A stretch of DNA of 64,000 nucleotides from a virus: IMG/VR virus record IMGVR_UViG_3300023700_000001; one strand, given 5' to 3'. Below, in pieces: positions 59,201-64,000 of this stretch. The notes under the pieces are model-generated. The model ran no database searches and was not told the DNA's origin. It worked only from the letters and a program-made list of their open reading frames with translations. The position numbers and the translations under genes are program-made. Each line of letters opens with the position of its first letter. Position 1 is the stretch's first letter.

Positions 59201-59460
59201 CTAACGAAGCTGATATTAAGGTTTACTACAAGACTTCTCTGGGTGATAGCGCACAACTGGCTTCTACTAAATATACTCTGATCACACCAGATTCTACAAT
59301 CACTAAGGTAGAAAACGGTAACGATGCATTCTATGATGCAGACTACTCTTTAAGTGGTATGACACCATTTGATGGTATTGTAATTAAGATCGTTATGCAG
59401 TCTACAAATAGCTGTGCAGTTCCAGTAATTAGAGACTTGAGAATTATTGCCTGCCCATAA
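53224..59460 (+). CDS. giant virion structural protein, 2078 aa (DUF4815-like N-terminus)
   Basis: The uninterrupted ORF dwarfs all other frames. N-terminal FYRILYRPSFAVQARELTQMQTILQNQISRHGDAIFKQG recalls DUF4815-type phage structural proteins (from memory). Confidence 0.7.
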   Translation: MIDFNTEPYNDDYDENKKFYRILYRPSFAVQARELTQMQTILQNQISRHGDAIFKQGAMVIPGQASVETLTQPNKGSDYVKLQPIYNGVAVQTFLTALQGKTIVGSSGVTAQVFKIQDAEGTDPTTLYVRYTTTGSNNTTKTFSDSEVITTEDGAYSFQAASSASVGKGSLATIARGVYYINKHFCLVEEQSIVLEKYSNTPTYRVGLVVTESLVTPESDETLLDNAQNSYNYAAPGAHRYYMDLTLTKLSVDSVTDTNFIELIRVVDGNIKTIVEKTDYSLLGEELARRTMDESGDYTVREFALDVREHRNNDRGAWLQNTSYLYGDIVTNGGYTYVAKNSGTSVTTAPTHTSNTAYDGPGSTGIKWEFTTTPVYNRGIYKTGDAGKLAIGLEPGKAYVNGWEIQKDSTTYLEVNKARDYAQALGSIIQPAVGNYVLVTNVNNLPPVDTLATISLRQNITGTSVGTAQGSEIGTARVRIMEWDSGATYGSTAVYKLSLFDVQMNSGYSFNRDVKSFYYAGASAYLSFSADINPIWYQLPNSSVTASSTTVTGVGTAFLTDLKVNDLILIGDSNYRRVTAIADNGSLTIDSVLSIATGVSIKRATTQILEANNTSLVFPLANYAVRAMRGAGNSGVNNTTYTCYQKFTQTASGTTLSLSTSGTFASASGNTNYIVVDNNNGTYGGTVINPVSIVPTGSTCVITLPANQSGHSMTVIAAVTRNGSGYEKTKTLTSATETFTTAALAQQSTVYLDKADVSRIISIKMAPAVAFGSTPTSAQYTLDISDRYEFDNGQRSTHYDWGRLNLKPSFAAPSNPIQVVYEYFTHGVGDYFDVNSYSSIDYSEIPQLLRDSIDYRPRVADKSAGSAKNFVSTNASVTGLPKRGENISSDYSYYLARKDKIAIDKNGKFFDIVGVPSINPGDPADPSLGMVLYNIELQPYTFGASTDNVKVNKIENKRYTMRDIGKLESRINNLEYYTSLSLLEQETQSLKITDSTGMDRMKNGFIVDNFTGNNIGDGSSKDYFCSIDMENGQLRPFYTSHNVNLLEKNSNSSQRSAANYQLNGDIITLPIIDTPVLVKQEYASRLENINPFAIYTFLGNVNINPPSDDWFETTRLPDIVQQVEGNYNTIKQLAEKSGILGTVWGSWNTEWIGTPVSKGAETLTNNNASRDKLNSIAGNWSSNGGYNLRSVKVENFATPIGQSRTGVKTSVAVKTDYETVADRVVSSAVIPYIRSRNILIQTKSLKPSTRFYAYFDDIDVNAYVTPSTKMVYTANSGTFDITTNVGGSASETKRRIGGDSQICLNRGDVITNSAGTASAVVVGKYVDPVTGVLSLDLQNVIGTFSATQTFTGSVSGASGTVVSISTPTTLTTNASGELSFIFNIPETDAIRFRTGARELKLIDTSTSTGQWSSRGRGIYRAEGILDTKQANVNAVRNAEIVKEMVGPNDDPAARQTIYQTSQKVLSDTGWYDPLAQSFLVQQKGGAFLTGIDVFFATKDAAIPVSLEIREMVNGTPGKNVLAFSHTVLNPSQVNLSSTLVTLDGTDYPTYDTPTRFTFTTPVYVENNVEYCFVLQSDSNNYKVWISNMGDTIPGTSGRTISSQPYAGVLFKSQNASTWTPDQNQDMKFTIYRAQFDTSVVGSVDFVNDVIPKDTLDTDPVQTVSGTNTVRVWHYDHGMYVGSRVTISGITADVNGIPASELNGDHVIVTADSDCYTFSATTNATSSGYSGGTAVKATRNITYDLINPSLQMQTFSDTKCSFNIKTTSGKSVDGGQTPYIADTTVSPCLVKEDTYFYTPRVIASEINEVNSALGGAKSVTFTALISTTNDAVSPVIDTARASLVAISNSINSPTEANTNVAALDTKTIFTGSTGAYAFTATGFTSTNSTVRGLMASIGIGRYVTLAGSSNSGNNGTYLVTNFSDNGTTATITLGGFTGTVESVTTSGVSVALRELFFDEIAPSGSSTTSKYVTTPVKFNFSSTYMRIKFAANIPNEADIKVYYKTSLGDSAQLASTKYTLITPDSTITKVENGNDAFYDADYSLSGMTPFDGIVIKIVMQSTNSCAVPVIRDLRIIACP

Positions 59461-59693
59461 TGGACTACTTAAAGGTACTTGGTAATGATGGCTTAGTTAG
59501 AGATACAACTAACGGAGCCATTATAAATACTAGCAGAACAGAATATGAAGAATATATGACCCGACGCCAAAAGGCTGAGGATCGTGAGAATTTAATCATA
59601 CAGAACTCACAAGAGATAACAAATTTGAAGACTGAGATGCAAGATATTAAATCAATGCTTCAACAGCTTTTAGATAAAAAAATAAAAGAATGA
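59460..59693 (+). CDS. small coiled-coil protein
   Basis: ORF track; TAATG overlap. Confidence 0.55.
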   Translation: MDYLKVLGNDGLVRDTTNGAIINTSRTEYEEYMTRRQKAEDRENLIIQNSQEITNLKTEMQDIKSMLQQLLDKKIKE

Positions 59694-59712
59694 ACCAAAA
59701 GGAAATCCTTAA

Positions 59713-60990
59713 ATGGCAACAATTACATTAAGAGCGACTAAAGGTAGTCCACTTACCAACACGGAAGTCGACAATAACTTTAGTAGCCTCAATACAGACA
59801 TTGGTACTCGTCTATTAGCAACTAGCTATACTGCTGCCGATGTTCTGAGTAAATTGCTAACTGTAGATGGCACTGGATCTGGTCTAGACGCTGACGTCTT
59901 AGACGGTCTAAATACCTCTTCTGGTATGCCCGTTGCAGTAGATAAAAGTTCTGTAGTCACACGTGACTCTACAGGTAACTTCTCTGGTGCTACAATCACA
60001 GCTACTAACTTCTCTGGTAAGTTTTCTGGTGAAGCTGCTATTACTAGCGGCGCAATTAGCTCTCTTACTACAGCACTGTCTATCCCTAACGGTGGTACTG
60101 GCGCTACAACTGCTGCTGGAGCAAGAACTTCTCTGGGGCTAGCTATTGGTACAGACGTTCAAGCATACGATGCTGACCTAGCTGCACTGGCTGGTGTTAC
60201 ATCTGCTGCAGATAAAATTCCATACTTTACTGCAGCTTCTACTGCTTCTGTTACAGACTTCACTGCTACTGGTCGAACTATTGTTGGTTCTTCTACTATG
60301 GCGGTTGCTCGTACGAACTTAGGTTTGGCCATCGGTACAGACGTTCAAGCATATGATGCAGACTTGGTTGCCGTAGCTGGTTTAACAACAACTGGTATTA
60401 TCGTTCGTACTGGTGCTGGTACTGCATCTACTCGTACTTTAGTTGCTGGTACTGATATTCAAATCACAAATGCTGACGGCGTTTCTGGTGATATTACTAT
60501 CAATACTGATGCTCGTCCAGTAGCTGGTACTGGCGTTACAGTTGTCGGTAAGACAGTTTCTATCGGACAAGCAGTTGCTACAACTTCTAACGTACAATTT
60601 AACTCACTAGGTGTCGGTACTGCTGGTTCTGGTACTGCTGGTGAAATTCGCGCAACTAACCAGATCGTTGCATATTATTCTTCAGATAAAAATCTAAAGG
60701 AAAATATCACTGATATTCCAGACGCACTTTCTAAAGTAAATCATATCGGTGGTAAGTTGTATGATTGGACTGATGAATATATCTCCGCCCATGGTGGTGA
60801 AGATGGTTATTTTGTTCAGAAAGCAGACTTTGGTGTAGTCGCCCAAGACGTAGAAGAAGTATTCCCTATTGCTGTTCGTCATCGTGAAGATGGTACTCTA
60901 GCAGTAGATTATCAGAAGCTGTGCGCTCTAGCATTCGCAGCGATTAAAGAACTAAATAAAGAAGTAGAACTTCTAAAGAATAAGGGGTAA
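59713..60990 (+). CDS. tail fibre protein with C-terminal S74-type intramolecular chaperone
   Basis: N-terminal ITLRATKGSPLTNTEVDNNF. Duplicated ARTxLGLAIGTDVQAYDADL repeats. C-terminal SDKNLKENI...LYDWTDEY...VAQDVEEVFP...VDYQKL (from 60682). Confidence 0.7.
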   Translation: MATITLRATKGSPLTNTEVDNNFSSLNTDIGTRLLATSYTAADVLSKLLTVDGTGSGLDADVLDGLNTSSGMPVAVDKSSVVTRDSTGNFSGATITATNFSGKFSGEAAITSGAISSLTTALSIPNGGTGATTAAGARTSLGLAIGTDVQAYDADLAALAGVTSAADKIPYFTAASTASVTDFTATGRTIVGSSTMAVARTNLGLAIGTDVQAYDADLVAVAGLTTTGIIVRTGAGTASTRTLVAGTDIQITNADGVSGDITINTDARPVAGTGVTVVGKTVSIGQAVATTSNVQFNSLGVGTAGSGTAGEIRATNQIVAYYSSDKNLKENITDIPDALSKVNHIGGKLYDWTDEYISAHGGEDGYFVQKADFGVVAQDVEEVFPIAVRHREDGTLAVDYQKLCALAFAAIKELNKEVELLKNKG

Positions 60991-60996
60991 TAACTC

Positions 60997-61326
60997 ATGG
61001 CAGTTACATTAGGAAACGGTAACATCACTTTTGGTGATGGTACAGTACAATCAACAAGACCAACGTTACTTGGTGGATCTCAAGCTACTGGATATCTTGG
61101 CCAAAACATAAGAGGCACAGTAAACTATAGTGCTTCTGAAGTTACATATGCTGTGCCAACAAGTTGGATTGGTCCTACTCTTAACTTCGGTTTAAGTCCA
61201 TCAACTATGGTACTGGGTGGATTTGGTTGGTATCGTTCTGCCAACGTAGATACTACTGGTGATAGTACGGTTGACGCTGGTACTATTCAAGTTCGTGTTT
61301 ACTATAGAACAATCGGTTCAGCTTAA
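60997..61326 (+). CDS. fibre-associated small protein
   Basis: N-terminal GNGNITFGDGTVQST, typical of fibre proteins. Confidence 0.5.
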   Translation: MAVTLGNGNITFGDGTVQSTRPTLLGGSQATGYLGQNIRGTVNYSASEVTYAVPTSWIGPTLNFGLSPSTMVLGGFGWYRSANVDTTGDSTVDAGTIQVRVYYRTIGSA

Positions 61327-61339
61327 GGAGATAAATAAA

Positions 61340-61747
61340 ATGTATTTTTTGATTAACGATTCAGATAACAGCGTTAATGCTTGGTCTAATGAACCAATAC
61401 CATCTTTTATGAATCACACTGGAACTACAGCTATTGAAAAATCAGTAGATCAGTTTCCAGATGATACAGATTGGCATGATTTATTTTATGATCCATCTAC
61501 AGACACAATGATTCCAAATAAGTTGGGTCTAATTAAAATGGAAACAAAAGAAGTTATTGAATATATCGAACAACAGAAACAAATTCAACAGGCTATAACT
61601 CAAGCTGAAACAAAGAAATATCAAGATCTTGTTACACATTTAGCTTCATTATTTCCAAATGACCCTAAGATTAAAGAAATTCTTTCTGATGGTGTTGTTA
61701 CACAAGATGAGTTACAACAAATTGAGAATATGCTTAACGCTAAGTAA
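61340..61747 (+). CDS. hypothetical protein
   Basis: Track ORF trimmed to the ATG at 61340 (AAGGAG upstream). Start of the AT-rich block. Confidence 0.55.
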   Translation: MYFLINDSDNSVNAWSNEPIPSFMNHTGTTAIEKSVDQFPDDTDWHDLFYDPSTDTMIPNKLGLIKMETKEVIEYIEQQKQIQQAITQAETKKYQDLVTHLASLFPNDPKIKEILSDGVVTQDELQQIENMLNAK

Positions 61748-62493
61748 TGTCAAAAGTTAACGTGGTATGTGTAAAGTGGGGAACCCTTTACACAAGTGAT
61801 TATGTAAACAATCTATACTCCATGGTCAAGAGGAATCTTACCATGGAGTTTGACTTTTACTGTATAACAGATGACCCTTCTAATATTAGACAAGAAGTGA
61901 TTTGTAAGCCATGTCCGATAGATTGGTTGCATGATGTTGGTTCTCATGAGAATCAATGGTATAAAGAGTCTATGTTTGTTAAGGGGACACTACCTGAACG
62001 AAAAACATTATACTTAGACTTAGATGTAGTTATTGTCTCATCTTTAGATCCTCTGTTTATATTCCCTGAAGAAAAGTGGTGTATGTCTCTTGATTTTTTA
62101 AAGAGAGATATTACAACATATCATGGCGCAGTAATGGTATTTAATCCAAAATATTGGTACGACTTTTTTGATTTCTTTAAGAAAAAAGTAGCTAGTGGGT
62201 ATAAACTTATTAGAGGTAATGAACAACCTCTTATTGCATTATACCACTTAAGTAGAAACCAAAAAGATATTAAAATTTTACCAAATGAGTGGATTTGGTC
62301 TTTTAGGTTCGGACATAAACGAGATGATATAAATGTATATAACCAAAACATTTATAGAGGATATAAACCACCAGAAAACGGTATGATTTGTTCTTTCCAT
62401 GGGTTTCCAAGTCAGCATCAAGTTTTAGAATTAGAATACATAGATAAACAAGCTGTGAAGTGGATATCAGATAATTGGAGAAATAATGATTAA
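61747..62493 (+). CDS. putative glycosyltransferase (GT-A-like, DxD)
   Basis: VVCVKWGTLYTSDYVNNLYSMV and LDLDVVIV (DxD). Confidence 0.4.
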   Translation: MSKVNVVCVKWGTLYTSDYVNNLYSMVKRNLTMEFDFYCITDDPSNIRQEVICKPCPIDWLHDVGSHENQWYKESMFVKGTLPERKTLYLDLDVVIVSSLDPLFIFPEEKWCMSLDFLKRDITTYHGAVMVFNPKYWYDFFDFFKKKVASGYKLIRGNEQPLIALYHLSRNQKDIKILPNEWIWSFRFGHKRDDINVYNQNIYRGYKPPENGMICSFHGFPSQHQVLELEYIDKQAVKWISDNWRNND

Positions 62494-62998
62494 GAAATCT
62501 ATTCCATCAGAAAATATCATTAAAATTCTGACAGAAGAAATTAAAAACTTTGGATTAGAATTTGCTAAAGGTAAGCCTATTGGTAATGTCAGTAAATTAG
62601 CATTCGATAATTTTATAACTGCTATTCCAAAGACGCAAGATAATACTAAAGCATCTATGAATTTTGGTGCATTTGATATGCAAAGAAAAGATCAACCTTT
62701 CGTAAAAGAAGTTATCGATATTCTTGGAGCTAAATCTTGCACTAACACAATGTATTATACTCAAAATAGTTGCATAGATTGGCACACAAACTCAGATAAT
62801 GTTGGAACTAGAGTCTACATTATTTTTACCAATAAACCTGGGATTTTCAGATATAAAGATCCATTTACAGGTACTATTGTTGACGATATGGATTATATTG
62901 GATGGACTCAGAGAGAATTCAAAGTAGATAAAAATAATTTACTTTGGCATTGCGTACATTCACCTTCACCAAGATTTGCATACGGTTTTAATAGATGA
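62486..62998 (+). CDS. cupin / 2OG-Fe(II)-oxygenase-like protein (tentative)
   Basis: WHTNSD...GTRVYIIF...LWHCV pattern. Confidence 0.35.
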   Translation: MIKKSIPSENIIKILTEEIKNFGLEFAKGKPIGNVSKLAFDNFITAIPKTQDNTKASMNFGAFDMQRKDQPFVKEVIDILGAKSCTNTMYYTQNSCIDWHTNSDNVGTRVYIIFTNKPGIFRYKDPFTGTIVDDMDYIGWTQREFKVDKNNLLWHCVHSPSPRFAYGFNR

Positions 62999-63921
62999 TA
63001 CAGTTTGATAAAGTCGACGGACAAACCTATAAAGCAGAACGTCTCGATCAAATATTCAAACATAGAAATGTATCTTATATTGAACAGTTTAATAGCGTAA
63101 TAGAATCTGCTATTGAAGGATTAGATGTAGATGGTATTATTCGATACAAAAATGGTGATAAAAAAGAAAATATAGATCAACCATTTTTGTATTATAACTA
63201 TGGTTCTCCAGCTCCATGGTTAGGTAAACTTCTGCCACAAGGTTATGGATTTTTAAACTTTCAACCAAATGACATTTATAAAAAGTGTAAGGTAGAAATA
63301 GGAATACAGAAAAAACTATTAGACTTATATAATTCTGGAAAATTCACAAGATATACACAACCGCCACTTACGCAAGTATATCTTCCAGAAAACTTTATTT
63401 TAGTTTCTATGCAGAATACAGGTTCTACTGTTTGGTATAGAAAAGATTTTAGTAAACTAGCTAAAGAAATTATATCATGGTCAAGAGAATCTAAAAGACA
63501 TGTTATATTTAAATGGCACTCTGGATGCATTGATCATCACAATCCAGTTAGATGGTTTTCAGAATTAAATGAACATAGTTTGTATGCCTCTATTGATTAT
63601 ACTACACCACTCTACCACCTAATTAAACATTGTGATATGATGTGGACAGCTTCAAGCATGTCTGGAATTGAAGCACTAATATGTAATAAACCAGTTGCAG
63701 TATTCGGCGAGACTGAATATATGGAAATGGCAGTTGTTTGTGATTCTCCAGAACAGGCTATAAATACTACTATTCCAGTAGATTTAGAACAGTGGTTAAC
63801 TTATTACGTTAGACACTATTGTATAAACATATATGCAAGTGATGCCGTGGATAGAATTAGAACACGAGCAATTTCTCATTTTGAACAAAGGTTACCCCTA
63901 GATGAACTTATCTTACTCTAA
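62995..63921 (+). CDS. capsule-polysaccharide-biosynthesis-like (KpsS/KpsC-type) protein (tentative)
   Basis: VSMQNTGSTVWY...FKWHSG...MWTASSMSGIEALICNKPVAVFG resembles the Capsule_synth family layout. Confidence 0.4.
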   Translation: MIQFDKVDGQTYKAERLDQIFKHRNVSYIEQFNSVIESAIEGLDVDGIIRYKNGDKKENIDQPFLYYNYGSPAPWLGKLLPQGYGFLNFQPNDIYKKCKVEIGIQKKLLDLYNSGKFTRYTQPPLTQVYLPENFILVSMQNTGSTVWYRKDFSKLAKEIISWSRESKRHVIFKWHSGCIDHHNPVRWFSELNEHSLYASIDYTTPLYHLIKHCDMMWTASSMSGIEALICNKPVAVFGETEYMEMAVVCDSPEQAINTTIPVDLEQWLTYYVRHYCINIYASDAVDRIRTRAISHFEQRLPLDELILL

Positions 63922-64000
63922 CGATCCATTCCCACATATAAAAGGTAGCATAGATCAAGATTTATATGAAGATGTTATAAAGGAATGGGATAATATCACA
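63902..64000 (+). CDS. partial ORF, N-terminus of a 2OG-Fe(II)-oxygenase-like protein
   Basis: ATG at 63902. Open to the window end. NDPFPHIKGSIDQDLY resembles the PFPHxxIDNFL start of such oxygenases. Confidence 0.35.
   Translation, partial: MNLSYSNDPFPHIKGSIDQDLYEDVIKEWDNIT

Noticed and set aside
61330-61337. GATAAATA as a late promoter
   Set aside because: It ends only 2 nt before the ATG at 61340 and directly follows the AAGGAG SD. It is too close to serve as the promoter of that gene.

Overview
This window is a 64-kb, almost gap-free segment of a T4-superfamily myovirus genome, roughly 40% G+C by eye. No integrase, transposase, CRISPR array, rRNA or canonical tRNA was seen.

Layout:
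(i) 1-24 kb, + strand: a hyperplastic early region with more than 90 tightly packed, mostly tiny ORFs. Many are under 60 aa and therefore absent from the ORF track; they are joined by ATGA / TAATG / 8-nt stop-start overlaps. At least 13 sigma70-type promoters drive this region, and several recur as near-identical promoter plus 5' leader cassettes. The region holds 13 members of one small paralogous gene family (7.1-13.2 kb), a 2H phosphoesterase, a SLOG/DUF2493 protein, an AAA+ ATPase, a metallophosphoesterase, a MazG-like enzyme and a 5'-nucleotidase.
(ii) 24-31 kb: an auxiliary block with PhoH, a GH19 lysozyme, a PD-(D/E)XK nuclease, a circularly permuted (two-piece) tmRNA gene, a convergent GIY-YIG homing endonuclease, GroES, an APS-kinase-like protein, DUF2061, a SleB-like hydrolase and ClpP.
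(iii) 31.7-33.9 kb: gp33-gp59-gp32 in T4 order.
(iv) 34-39 kb, - strand: a tape-measure/gp29-like protein, a gp26-like hub protein, a gp16-like small terminase, a 3TM holin, a gp54-like tube-family protein, a gp2-like and a gp4-like protein.
(v) 39.1-61.3 kb, + strand: the baseplate and fibre module. It holds gp48-, gp53-, gp27- and gp5-like proteins (the gp5-like spike carries GH19 plus M15 domains), PAAR, gp25, gp6, several repeat-rich structural proteins, a 2078-aa giant protein and a fibre with an S74-type chaperone.
(vi) 61.3-64 kb: an AT-rich island of glycosyltransferase- and oxygenase-like genes.

The most notable items are the permuted phage tmRNA linked to ClpP and GroES, the tandem paralog array with conserved gene junctions, and the repeated early promoter/leader cassettes, including three apparently leaderless genes.

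All family assignments rest on motif recognition from memory and on synteny. No database search was run.
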